Positions 23,075 to 35,640 of a stretch of DNA of 64,000 nt are shown here, piece by piece (position 1 is the stretch's first letter; every line of letters begins with the position of its first letter). The translations under genes and the position numbers were made by a program. Below the pieces are notes generated by a model. That model searched no databases. It was not told the origin of the DNA and saw nothing but the letters and a program-made list of their open reading frames with translations. The stretch is from positions 35,491,333-35,555,332 of the forward strand of contig NC_068983.1 in the NCBI RefSeq assembly GCF_001194135.2, in the 5' to 3' direction. The DNA is from Octopus bimaculoides. Lineage: Eukaryota.

Positions 23075-24325
23075 TTTAGAGGAGAAAAAGAGCTTTGCGA
23101 AAATAACAGAAGTTAAAACATGTGAAGTGGACCTAACGAAAATGTTGGATTATCAGAAAATGGCAACAAAAGTGGGTGAAGAAGTAAAGCTGTCGCCACC
23201 ACAGAAAATAATGGAAAGAATGGAAAAGAGAACGATTACGTATAAAGTAATCGCAGCAGAAAAAAATAAAGTGGAACTCATGGAAATTGAAACAATAGAA
23301 AAGGCATTAAGAATTGTAACGAAAGATGTAATATTCCTTTCACGAGGCAATAAATTCGGAACAATAGTAGCACAGTTCAAGTCGGAAGAGGTAGCAAGGA
23401 GGATGGCCATAAAAACGGTGAAGACAGATAAAGTAGTTCTTCTACCCATGTATCTTGGAAGGACATCCAGGGTCAGGGTAGAAAGAATACCACCTGATAT
23501 GGAAGTAGCTTGGGTGGCGGTGGCTGTACTCCTTGGAAGTGAGGGAAAGGTGTCTGTTATCCAAGCCACGTCAACTGAAGACGGGACGTGGAAGGGGAAA
23601 TCATTGGAGATGAACATTCAAAGTGAGAGAGAAACACTAGAAAAACTGGCAGAGATAATAACGATAGGTAACATAAGTCTGAGAGTGTGGGTGGAGGGCA
23701 GAATCCCTCGCTGTTATAAATGTGGCCTGAAGGGTCACATTAGAGCGAGTTGCCCTCCACCAAGCAAAGAAACTGAAGAAAGGCATACACAGGAGTTACT
23801 ACAAGACAAACAACAGGAAAAAAACAGAGAATACAGAAGAGACAATACCGGCGGAAGAAGAAAATGAAGAAAGGAAGAATGTAGGCTTCTCACATGCAGA
23901 ATCCCGACCCACCCAATGTCCATCCACACCCTCTTCGTCCCACCCTCCCCCTGCAGACACTTTACCTACCCATTCCTCACCAACACGAAAACAAAAAAGG
24001 ACACCACACACAATGTTTTAGAAACTTCCCCTCTCACTGATTGTTATGCATGTTTGGTTTATTTTGAGGCAGAGAAAGAACTGCATGAGATAGTGGAGAA
24101 ATGGGAAGATACAGTCTATGTGGACGTTAACGACGACGAGTATGGAGAAATTACAGTGATGTTGATAACAGAAAAACATTTGAACAAAATTTTAAAATTC
24201 CATGATTTTGACGTATAGAAGGTTAATTATAATATGGACAAATTGCCGAAAGAAATAGGATACGAACAAGTAAAAACACGATATGGTATAGATATTATGG
24301 AGAACAGGCGAAAAGGCAAATAAGT
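23075..24325 (+). mobile_element. Gag-like LINE ORF1 (RRM-like region plus one CCHC knuckle) with no adjacent ORF2
   Basis: Open frame to 23867 with RVWVEGRIPRCYKCGLKGHIRASC (CX2CX4HX4C); frameshifted coding-like continuation to about 24325. The start listed at 23034 lies in a SINE fragment, so Met 23142 or 23160 is more likely. Confidence 0.7.
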
Positions 24326-24520
24326 GATGTTACTTGATGGGGCAGGTAACATCATTTCCATTTCTCATTTTTTTTCATTCTTACATATTACCATTCGTTA
24401 TTTTAGTTTTTCTTCTGATTTCATCTTTTTGTATTTCTATTTCCCTGAGTTTGTGTTTGTCGCGTTTGTATTGTCTTTATGTGTTATAATGTTCGAGGGA
24501 AGATTCTTTGTTTCGCCTTT

Positions 24521-24720
24521 TATTTGTTGTTGTTGGCACTCCGTCGCTTACGACGACGAGGGTTCCAGTTGATCCGATCAACGGAATAGCCTGCTCGTGA
24601 AATTAACGTGCAAGTGGCTGAGCACTCCACAGACACGTGTACCCTTAACGTAGTTCTCGGGGATATTCAGCATGACACAGTGTGACAAGGCTGGCCCTTT
24701 GAATTACAGGCACAACAGAA
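24521..24720 (-). mobile_element. 3' part of the (CAA)n-tailed SINE family
   Basis: Matches 58720-58920. Confidence 0.8.
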
Positions 24721-24876
24721 ATCAATATCTATAAAACACAAGATGTTTGTGTGTGTGTGTGTGTGTGTGTACGTGAATGTGGGTTATGCACGTCCACAAA
24801 TTAGCACGCATGTCGCTCCAATTTTAAGAGGACATTGTTCATGACCCTAGCTGTGTTTTTGTCAACTTTTTCTCAC

Positions 24877-25625
24877 NNNNNNNNNNNNNNNNNNNNNNNN
24901 NNNNNNNNNNNNNNNNNNNNNNNNNNNNNNNNNNNNNNNNNNNNNNNNNNNNNNNNNNNNNNNNNNNNNNNNNNNNNNNNNNNNNNNNNNNNNNNNNNNN
25001 NNNNNNNNNNNNNNNNNNNNNNNNNNNNNNNNNNNNNNNNNNNNNNNNNNNNNNNNNNNNNNNNNNNNNNNNNNNNNNNNNNNNNNNNNNNNNNNNNNNN
25101 NNNNNNNNNNNNNNNNNNNNNNNNNNNNNNNNNNNNNNNNNNNNNNNNNNNNNNNNNNNNNNNNNNNNNNNNNNNNNNNNNNNNNNNNNNNNNNNNNNNN
25201 NNNNNNNNNNNNNNNNNNNNNNNNNNNNNNNNNNNNNNNNNNNNNNNNNNNNNNNNNNNNNNNNNNNNNNNNNNNNNNNNNNNNNNNNNNNNNNNNNNNN
25301 NNNNNNNNNNNNNNNNNNNNNNNNNNNNNNNNNNNNNNNNNNNNNNNNNNNNNNNNNNNNNNNNNNNNNNNNNNNNNNNNNNNNNNNNNNNNNNNNNNNN
25401 NNNNNNNNNNNNNNNNNNNNNNNNNNNNNNNNNNNNNNNNNNNNNNNNNNNNNNNNNNNNNNNNNNNNNNNNNNNNNNNNNNNNNNNNNNNNNNNNNNNN
25501 NNNNNNNNNNNNNNNNNNNNNNNNNNNNNNNNNNNNNNNNNNNNNNNNNNNNNNNNNNNNNNNNNNNNNNNNNNNNNNNNNNNNNNNNNNNNNNNNNNNN
25601 NNNNNNNNNNNNNNNNNNNNNNNNN
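24877..25625. other. Assembly gap
   Basis: Run of N. Confidence 1.
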
Positions 25626-25981
25626 GATTTCCACTAGGGTGTTACGGTTAGGATTAGGATTAGTGTGTGTGTGTGTGTGTGTGCGTGCACGCGCACGCGC
25701 GAAGCCAAACTAACAAGGAAGGAAGACGTCGATCAGCACTGGTTCAATACTAAAATCATTCACGATCTTTTAATTTATTTTTATGTCTTTCCCCCCTTAA
25801 AAACAATATAATAGGCTAAAAGTAAATACCTTTTTTTTTAAATTTTCACGGTTAAATATTTTGTTTCTTCACTCCGTTTTCGATGTTTCTGCGTTTTTAT
25901 CTTCCTTTGCTGTTAATAAAGATGACACATTTGTTAAGGAGTCTCATTTAAGAGAAACTTCAACCATATATTATTAGACGA

Positions 25982-26425
25982 TTAAACACAGGTCATTCGT
26001 TTAAATATTATGTGAAACATACTTTTTGGTTTGAAAGTGGCCCATTCCTTGTGTAGAGCAGTTGTGACAATGGATTGGAATGTAGGAAATAATATCTGGT
26101 TGATTATATAACCATCAGGATCTTCGGGATATTCTTGTATATGAAGAGTCTTCATAGCTTCTACATACTGTTTCTGTGTGATGAAACCCTTTCTGGTCGG
26201 ATCCATGATATGAAACAGAGATTCTATGTTACCTTTATCAAAAAGACTTACTGGCTTCTTTGGATTATTTTTCAATTCTTGAAGGTACTCAACCATAAAT
26301 TTCTTTGGTTCTGCAGGTCTAAAAAACACTAAAGAAGCTAACATTTTGTTAAATAGCGACTGAATTTTATGTTCCTTTAAATATTGATCTGCTAACATCT
26401 CACGGGTCTCTTTATTTTCCTCCAT
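25982..26425 (-). CDS. EFCAB10: EF-hand calcium-binding domain protein 10-like (RIIa/Dpy-30-type dimerisation domain plus EF-hand), single coding exon
   Basis: 147 aa. A.QYL.EHKI..LF..M...L.F.RP..PK.F...YL is the D/D domain; LFD..NI..LF.IMDPT.KG.IT..QY.EAM.TL is the EF-hand. Matches remembered human EFCAB10. Confidence 0.85.
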   Translation of the reverse strand: MEENKETREMLADQYLKEHKIQSLFNKMLASLVFFRPAEPKKFMVEYLQELKNNPKKPVSLFDKGNIESLFHIMDPTRKGFITQKQYVEAMKTLHIQEYPEDPDGYIINQILFPTFQSIVTTALHKEWATFKPKSMFHIIFKRMTCV

Positions 26426-26450
26426 CTTTCAACAATAAACACTATTTTGC

Positions 26451-26464
26451 GTCTCTATGGAAAC
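26451..26464. promoter_or_regulatory. RFX X-box
   Basis: GTCTCTATGGAAAC fits GTHNYY-AT-RRNAAC exactly, 26 bp upstream of the EFCAB10-like ATG. Confidence 0.65.
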
Positions 26465-28139
26465 CCACGTGGCATGTTAATTATCTCCCTTATCCATTAA
26501 GTCAGCGCATTCTGTTTTAAATTTATATATTTGTTACTTTGGAAATAAGAACCAAAAAAGTAAGTAGAAATTCTCTAAAATTCGCAGTAAAGAATAAGAT
26601 AGGCATTCCGTATTGAGTAGAACAGAATTCTAGCACTTCGAACTGAAACTTTTGCTCGTCACTCTAATTTTATTTTCTAAATTCTAATAAATTAAGTCTC
26701 TTCCCTATTTTTGCGTTTCCTTTTGATGTTTACCCGTTTTATATTAGGTACAAACAGAAAAGAACAGAAATGATTAAAAAAGTAGTTATCGCATTCTTTT
26801 TCTCTAATATTCAAGAAAAGTTATTTTACACCGTCAACTGTTCCCAAGTATATGAAGTAGTTAAACGTGTCTTGTATGGCGGGCTTTTGATATTTGAAAC
26901 TTAACCATACTATTGATATAGTTAATATATAATACAAAAGTTGTGAGTTTTTTCTTTATTGTTTTTAAAGAACCTGTCGTTAAATTATTAATATTTACAT
27001 TTGCTGAATTTAATAAGTTACTGTAATATATATTTCTTACATTAAGCCCCAATCTTTTTTTTTTTGTCTTTTTCCTACGTAGGAAGAGGGTGTAATCAAA
27101 TGAATGTGTGTTAATTCATATAGCAGGATTTGAACTCGGAAAAAAAGTTATTGTTTAGCTCCGATGGAATAAATATGACCTAAGTCATTCCAAATACGAT
27201 TGTTCTATCTTTTATTCAGATACTCTGTTAAAGGACTGTGTTATTTCCATTTTTTGTTAAGTGAGGAGGAATGAGTTGAGCGAGACTTGGTTATTTCTTG
27301 CAGATCAGGAACGTACATAAAAACTTTACGAAAAATAATAATCATCCTCAGTAATTACATAAATTAAAATGTAATTCCGAAAACTTGAAAAACTACTTTC
27401 TCAATTCTTCAGTCTTTGGACACGTGTGCAAGTGTTTAAAAATGTATTGACAGTACGTTCCCAAAGACTAAAAGGTGAAGCGAAAAAAAATAAATAAATT
27501 TTCAAAAATTATTTTTTTTCATAAAAAGATGCAAACACACACCTCCCTGTCTCCCATCATTTCGAAGGCCGCGGTGAAATAAAAATTGGAAATATCCCTG
27601 TCAAAACGCAGAAAATCCAACTTATGTGGCTATTCTGATCCGAAACTCGGTTCAGATTCGCTTGTGCAATACCCTAGTACTAGTTTCTCTTCATCCACGC
27701 CATACATTAGCTGTATCTTACAATTTAAGGTCTTTTTCTTCATCTCAATGTGTTGTCGCCATGTCTCACAAAGGACTGTTTTTTTAACGTATCTGACACA
27801 CTTCAGCGAACCCTCCCTTATATAAACTAGCAGCTCGATTATTCCCGCTTTTACGATTTATTTCTAGTCATTTTTCACGTAGGACAAAATAATGTAATTC
27901 GAACTATAAATAATAAAATTGAAACAGTACTTTTGAAAAAGTACCGGTATAACTTCAATTTAGTACTCCACCTGTTTTGTTTCCTCACTATTTAATGTTT
28001 TTCGTTTTTGTGTTAGTGCGCGCGCGAAATTTGACAGACTTGTAGATAACGACAATGTTGCTCTTTTAATCCTTTCTCTTTGACTGCTGTCATCCTGGGG
28101 CACTCGATCCCAGTTCTTTACTCTTCGAAGAGCGGAGAC

Positions 28140-28528
28140 GGACTATATGTAATCTGAACCTTTTCTCCCCTTATTTATTAATTTTTTTTACGGAATCCCA
28201 CGTTTTAGGCTATGGAGATTCCGATTCTGAAAAAAAATTGTTTGAAATATTTCAAACCAACCCCCACCACCACCACCACCAAGCAGGCTATTTACATGCT
28301 AGAAATAACAGTCAAATCTCACAAAACTAGTGTTAGGGTTAGGTTTAGGGTCAGGGTTACGGTTAGGGTTAGGGTTGGATCTATATAAAAACCGGGTGGG
28401 GGGATCGAAATTTTGAAATTGAGATGTTTGAAAAAAAATTTTCAGAATCGGAATCTCCATAGTCTAAAACGTGAGATTCCGTAAAAAATAAATAATAAGG
28501 GGGGAAAGGTTCAGATTACATATAGTCC
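28140..28528. mobile_element. Fold-back MITE with about 100-bp TIRs and internal degenerate TTAGGG repeats
   Basis: ggactatatgtaatctgaacc... / ...ggttcagattacatatagtcc; no TSD found. Confidence 0.75.
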
Positions 28529-28848
28529 ATCTGGACCTTCAATATTTCGGGGCTATGACCCTCATGAAAATGGGGTCGTAACCCCGAAATATTGTGATTT
28601 GCCTTGCATTTACTTTGCATTGTTCTGGCCTTACCCACGAACCTTTATACAATATATTTTACACAATGCTTCATAGTAACTATTCCATATATATATATTC
28701 CCTTTTGCCGAACCGCTAAGTTACGGGGGACGTAAACGCACCAACATCGGTTGTCAAGCGATGGTGGGGGGGACAAACGCAGACACACAGTGGGACTGAA
28801 CCTGGAACCATGTGGTTAGGAAGCAAACTTCTTACCACACAGCCATTC

Positions 28849-28884
<36 letters not shown>

Positions 28885-31321
28885 GTAACTTAAGAGACCT
28901 ATAAAACGTCCAACATATGTAAACAAGAAGATGGCATTGCTGCTTAACTACTGTAGCAAATGGACTGACTAGTGATGGCTTAAATACTTTTGATCATAGG
29001 GTTGTTTGATCAGGTAAGTAAACCAATTATGCTAATGTCCAAATTCATGAAAACCAAAGCCGCTGTCACCCATGTTACCATGCAAGAATGTATCTTTAAA
29101 AAACAGTGTGAAGCAAGATTGTCCTAAGTTTAAAGTAGATTAAAACCCTTCAAATCAAAATCACCACCATCGATTTAGGCAAGTACATCATCATCATCAT
29201 CATCATTTAACGTCTGCTTTCCATGTGGGCATGGGTGAGACGGTTTGACAGGAGCTGGCCAGGCAGAAGCCTACACCAGACTTCTTTGGCTGGATGCCCT
29301 TCCTAACACCAACCACCCAGCAGAGTGGGCTTAGTGCTTTTACGTGGCACGAGCACAGGCGAGGTCAGTTTTGGCAAGGTTTTTACAGCTGGATGCCCTT
29401 CCAAATGCCAACCACTTTACAGTGTTGACTCAATGCTTTTTAAGTGGCACCTGCACTGACAGGGGTCACCAAGTAATCTGCAAGACAAAAACCTTTTGAG
29501 AGGGGAGAGGGCATGGGAGGAGGTGATCTTGTGTCAGATGATGAAAGGTTATAGAGAGACAGAAACAGGTGTCTTGCTGTAGAGAAGGTACAAGGTTACC
29601 CAGCCAGAGAGAGAGAGATCAAGAACGAAGACAGAAACAGTTGTGCTGCTGCAAAGGAGATACATGGTTACCTAAAGGAGGTTCATGGTTACGCAACCTG
29701 AGGGAAGTGCAGAAGAAGGGGAAAGAGAGACATTAGGATAGAGACAGTGGCAAAATGCCAGGTGTACAAGGGACAGGGATCAGAAAATAAATGGGATGAT
29801 TGAGTAAAGGCAGAAGAGGTTCAAAGGTCATAATATAAGTGACAGGATATTGCCAAAGAAATAGGATTAGAGAGTGGGGAGGAAAAATGAGTGATGAAAA
29901 CCTGGGTATATAGAGGCTACCAGATAATAATGATATAGTGAAACAGGGCCATGAAGACAGGATTGAGGAGTGAGAAGTACAAATAAGAAAAAATATGAAA
30001 AAAGAAAATCCTATGGAAATAGCTAAACTATAAAAATTTTCTCATGCTACCATAAATACTTGTTTCTAATTTAGGCACAAGGCTAGCAATTGTAAGGGGA
30101 GGCAGTAGCTGTTTACGTCAACCACAGTACTTGACTGGTACTTTTTTTTTTAATGATTGAATGAAAAGCTCAAATAACATCAGCAGGATTTGAACCCAGA
30201 ACATAAAGAATCAGAAGAAATACCATAAGGTATTTTTTCCAACACTTATGATTCTGCTTGGTTACTACTATTATAATAATAATTTGGAAATTATGCACAA
30301 GGCCAGCAATTTTTGTGTGGAGGAGTTTAATTAATTAAATCAATCCCAGTATTTGAGTGATTTTGTTGACCCCTATAGATGAAAGCAAAAATTGATTGTG
30401 GCAAGATAGCACCCAGTAGATTCTGTAAAGTGGTTGGCATTAGGAGGGACATCCAGCCATAGGAACCATGCCAAAACAGACAACTAGAACCTGATGCAGC
30501 TCCTGTAAAACCGTTCAACCCATGCGGGCATGGAAAACGGGCATTAAATGATAATGAAAAAAAAAAAAAAAAAAGGATCCAGAACAAGGGCTACAAGGTC
30601 ATTTATCTGACACTCTATAGATTCTGCCACATTAACCTCCTCAACCAATAGTAAATTCACACATATTAAGTATTTTTCTAAATCATGTAGTGATCATTTA
30701 AAGACATAAGTAGCAAAACAATTATCTCTTCCATGTTTATATCCTACTTTTTGTAAACTAATGATTGGTTGTCATAAAGTTTTCAGTGGGACAATCACTA
30801 CTTCACTGCATTTCTAATATCCAGATTGACAAGAAATTGCCTGTGTATCCTTCAGAAAGGCTGATATTTTTGCTTGAAACTATCTACTCATTGGTTTGTT
30901 TGTTGTTGTTTTCTTATTTGCCAAAGTATACATCATTTACCAACGTATATCAGCGAACCATTCACAGTTATAACTAACTTTCACAATTTTAGTTGACTAA
31001 ATTTCAGCCAACAAATCATTTGTAAAAGACAGTGGCCAAATTTGCTGCACAGCAGGATCAAACGTAAGATCACAATGTTGTGATGCAAAATTCATAACAC
31101 AGTCATGCTGGCATCTATTCAATTATAACTGGCACTTGAGTTATGAATAATTTTCGAATTTATATATTCTTCAAAATGTAGAGCTTTAATAACAAAAAAA
31201 CTGTTAAGATGCTAAGATTTTATTTAAAACTTTATTACTTCAGAATTATCTCCCTTGCTACTTATTTAACCGTTTAGTCTTGAGCTTAAACAAAACAAAA
31301 ATGCTGCTCTATTTTTTGCAG

Positions 31322-31468
31322 TGAAAACCCAGAAAATATTGATTCTTGGTGGTGGCGGTCGTGAACATGCGCTAGCCTGGAAGATTGCTCAATCTGACCA
31401 AGTTCTTAATGTGTACACCTCTCCAGGAAATGCAGGAACAGCGCAAAATGGCAAAATCACTAATGTTG
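31322..31468 (+). CDS. GART: GART coding exon A (GARS N-terminus: KTQKILILGGGGREHALAWKIAQS...PGNAGT)
   Basis: PurD glycine-rich motif; ttttttgcag acceptor and gtacgt donor (phase 1). No in-frame ATG in the exon. Confidence 0.92.
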
Positions 31469-32632
31469 GTACGTATATATTTGTCTTTCTTGTTGTCACT
31501 CAGTGTTATTAAGAGCCAAAGAGAGATCCTCCACATGATCATTCAACTTTGCTAGAAATATCAGTCAAATATCCTTCAAATTGCACCAGCCTATCTTTAA
31601 AGGGGTTGGGGTGCAAGAGCACATAATTTAATCTTCAATTTCCCTAAAATGACACTTTTAGTCAAAGTTGGAATCAAAAGTCTGCTGGATCACAGATAAC
31701 CTTGGGTTAAACAGGAACCGCATAGAGCAGAGAGATAACTTTTATATTGGCCATTGGACCTGTATCAGCTAAACTACCAGATAATATAAACCTGTTCATA
31801 AATAACATCCAGTTATTTCTTGATTGTGCCCTTCTTTTTCATCTTGACTGAATAAAGCAGTGAAATTGAGATGGTAAAGAAGTACATCTACTTGGAGCAC
31901 AGTGAATACAGACTGAGACATGGAAGGCATTTACATCAATGACAATGTCCTGTATGAACTTTTATATGCAAGTGAGATATGGGCTGCTACAAAGAAGTTC
32001 CTGGCTTTAAGGGTATCGCAAAAGGCCCAACCTTCCAAGTTCTTTTACAGGGCTTAGACTGCTGCAATAGTGTGTGAATCTGAAAGGGGAATGTGTTGAA
32101 TAAAACCATATTCAACTGATCCTCCTATATTTCCTTTTACCCAAAGTCAGGAACTTTTCAACCCCCCCCCCCCACACACACACACATTCACATCACATTT
32201 CAGTTCACATATAAGTGAGAAAGTACACTATACACCGAGTTTATATCTCCATCTTTATTAAAAGCTAACAAAATACTCTTTTATTACCAGAATGAATGCA
32301 TAGAAGTGGAAATTTGGAGTAACGATAGTGAAATATCTTAACTGAATAACAAACTCTTATTCACTCTGCTGAGTGGTTGGTGTTAGGAAGGGCATCCAGC
32401 CGTAAAAACCCTTCCAAAATAGACACAGAAGTCTGGTGCAGGCTTCTACCTGGTCGGATCCTGTCAACTGTCCAACCCATGCCAGCATGGAAGGCGGGCA
32501 CTAAACAATGATAACAGTTACATATGTTGAGTACTTTTTCTCTCTTACATACTTGCATGCATGCGCACACACACTCACACACACATATATATATAAGGAG
32601 TATGTTTTTATTTATCCATTTTTTGCTTCCAG

Positions 32633-32755
32633 AACTCAAAGTTAAAGACTTCCCAGGAGTTGTCAGTTGGTGTAAAGAGAATTGTATAAATCTGGTGATT
32701 GTAGGACCAGAAGATCCCTTAGCTGCTGGAATTGCTGATTTTCTTCAGGAACATG
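32633..32755 (+). CDS. GART: GART exon B (...LVIVGPEDPLAAGIADFL...)
   Basis: AG/GT boundaries, phase 1/1, VGPE.PL..GI motif. Confidence 0.95.
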
Positions 32756-33009
32756 GTTAGATTTTTGAAATTTTACAGCATGCTTGCAATAGCATTATGT
32801 ATGTATATAAATGATGTATAAGGTGTATAGAGTTTGTGTGCTCTTCTGCTGACTATAGACCAACATATCTTTTACATTTTATTTGTTTCAATCATTTGAC
32901 TGTGGCCATGAAGGGTTTTAATCAAATGAATCAATGCCGGTATTTAATTTTTATGTCTGGTATTTATTCTATCAGTCTTTTGTTGAACTACTATGTTATG
33001 GGGAATTAA

Positions 33010-33231
33010 CCCTTTCATTACTGTATTTATTTTGAGATGCTCTGTGTTTCTTTCAGTTAGTTTTAGATATAACAAAGAATTTAGTAAAATAGCTTAGTTA
33101 CCATTAAGCTAGTGTTAAGAACATAAATTGTGACTAAAGTTTGGCGGAAGATTTTAATTCAAAACTTAGGAAAGCAAGACATTTGTACTACAGAGCCAGA
33201 GGCTGTTTCAGCCAGGTTGGTATTGAAAGGG
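33010..33231. mobile_element. piggyBac-type MITE
   Basis: TTAA|ccctttc...gaaaggg|TTAA. Confidence 0.75.
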
Positions 33232-34099
33232 TTAAACAACAATTGTCAAGTGGTGATGGTGGGGGACAAGCACAAAGCAGGGCTAAGGAGTCAGTTGGAA
33301 ACAATTAAGGAGTAGTTGGAGTCTGTACTGACTCCGACTCACAATATCTTTATTCTTTAATATAAACCAGTTATAACATATAGGCCTACTCAAAATACAA
33401 GCGTATGCATATGCTTTATGAGATATGTAGTCCACAATCACTTAATTACATAAAGAGGAGTCGGAGGTACCAATAGCAAAGGAGTCACAGTCAAAGTTTT
33501 TAGTTTCAACCCCACAGCCCTGATACAAAGACACATTGAATGTAATATAAAAATCAAAATTTTTTATTTTTAATAAGAAAATAAGAAAATCAAATGAAGA
33601 CCCTATTATATGTCTGAGGTCAAATTATTCATGCATCAAAAGTATGGGAGTAATTGATAAAGCTGTTTTCGCATTGAAAGTGAATATGCACGCATCTCTA
33701 TTTTATATATTAGATATATATATATATATGGTATGGTGGACTCTCCCATCGAAGAATGACCTGCACAAAGGATTTGGTTATTGTGATCAAATGTTCATGT
33801 TACATATTAGCTTACTCTCACCATCAAATTGACATTGTCTAAACAGCTGCACAGTGTACCACGTTTCAGGTGTGAAAGGGATCATAGAGCAACGTGAGAT
33901 CACCTAAATTGTGAGTGCAACACCCTGACTACTAAACCACACACCTTTATAATCTATACACACACACACACACATGACAGGCTTCTTTCAGCTTCCATCT
34001 ACTATGTCCACTTTTGTCAGCCCAGGGCGTTTTGAAGATTATTTAATATATACCTAACATCAAAATTATAACAAGAAACAAAACATTTGCATATATATA

Positions 34100-34479
34100 T
34101 ATGGTGTCCCAGAAGTCACGCACCATTCTGGTTTTCATTAAAAATAATTGTCACAAGCAAAAGCGAAATCGTGATGGCACCTCGGAGCGGTTGGCGTTAG
34201 GAAAGGCATCCAGCTGTAGAAACTTTGCCAGATCAGATTGGAGCCTGGTGCAGCCATCTGGTTCATCAGTCCTCAGTCAAATCGTTCAACCCATGCTAGC
34301 ATGGAAAGCGGACGTTTAAACGATGATGATGATTTTTTTTTTCCTAATTTATTTTATTGCAGAGGGTGCTGAATTTGAGCATTTGTTATGATTAATTTCT
34401 ATAAAGTGTTCTTGAAATCAATAAAGGTGTATTTTTCTTTAAAAAACCAGGATGGCATGCGACTTCTGAGAAACCCTGT
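34100..34479. mobile_element. Tc1/mariner-type MITE interrupted by an RTE 3' tail
   Basis: TIR-like ends ggtgtcccagaagtcacgcaccattctggtttt / aaaaccaggatggcatgcgacttctgagaaaccctg|ta; RTE tail at about 34180-34332. Confidence 0.55.
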
Positions 34480-35229
34480 ATATATGATAGTTGGGTTTTA
34501 AATTTTGTTCTTTCCAGTTTATCTGTCTTTTACTTGTTTCAATCATTTAACGTCCGCCATGATGGGGCTACACCTTGAAGGGTTTCTTGTTGGGCAGATC
34601 GATCCCAATACTTATTTTATCGGTTTTCTTTTGCTGAACCGCTAAATTGCAGGGATGTAAACAAACCAACACCACTTGTCAAACAGTGATAGATGACAGA
34701 TACATGCACATTTACACATACGATGGGCTTCTACACAGTTTCTGTCAAAAAATTCTGTCTGACCCATGCAAGCACGGAAAAGAGGATGTTAAGATGATGT
34801 CATGCCATCCTAAATATGTTGATGCACTTAACCGGTGGGAGACAAGGAAAATAGTTGAAGTTTGATTATTGTGTATAATGCAATTGACTATTACTCAGTT
34901 TTAAAAAGATGAGAGAAAATTATGAGATGACATTATACACAAATAAATAAATAAATATGGAGAGTGTTTTCCTCCTATGACTCACTGGACTATGGGTTTA
35001 GTGATTACAATGCTTCAGGCATTTTCAACAAAATATTACACTACAACTGACTCAACATTAGTCATTGCAATATAAAAGGAGATAATGATATTTTGAAATA
35101 TTTGTGTGTGTGTGTATATATATATATTTAACACCCAACATATATTTTTCTTATATTTCCCTTTATACTACTTATATCTTTCCCTTTCCAAAATAACTTT
35201 TTATATTGAACTCTACTATTTCTTTCTAT

Positions 35230-35640
35230 TTAACTCATAACGTCTCTGATAATGGGGTATTTTTTGTATCCCTGAAACAGCTGTAAGACTACCTTTCTAT
35301 TTATAAATGCCCTAGAAATATTACATTGCCTTGGCTTTATCTTATTTTATTTAACACACTCATACACACACAAAGTTAATGCTTTTTTGGGGCCTGCAAT
35401 CGCCTATATTAATTCTGTTATCATTTTTTAAATGTTTCTGATAATGGGATATCTTTTGTGTCCCTGAAACAGCTGTAAGACTACCTTTTTCTTTATAAAA
35501 TGTCCTACAAATTTCACACTGCCTTGGATTTGTTGTCTCACTTTATTTAACACATACACACATATATATATACATGTGTGTGTGATGCTTATTTTGGGCC
35601 TGCAGTTGCCTATATTATTGATTCTGTTATTATCATTTTT
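35230..35640 (+). repeat. Tandem repeat with 192-bp unit (two units plus) carrying hammerhead-like motifs (family 2)
   Basis: CTGATAA at 35246 and 35438; GAAACAGCTGTAAGAC at 35274 and 35466. Confidence 0.85.

Noticed and set aside
3116-25713. Long ORFs containing X runs (e.g. 4385-5680, 17246-18277, 24835-25713)
   Set aside because: They are open only because N has no stop codon; the real flanks are repeat DNA.
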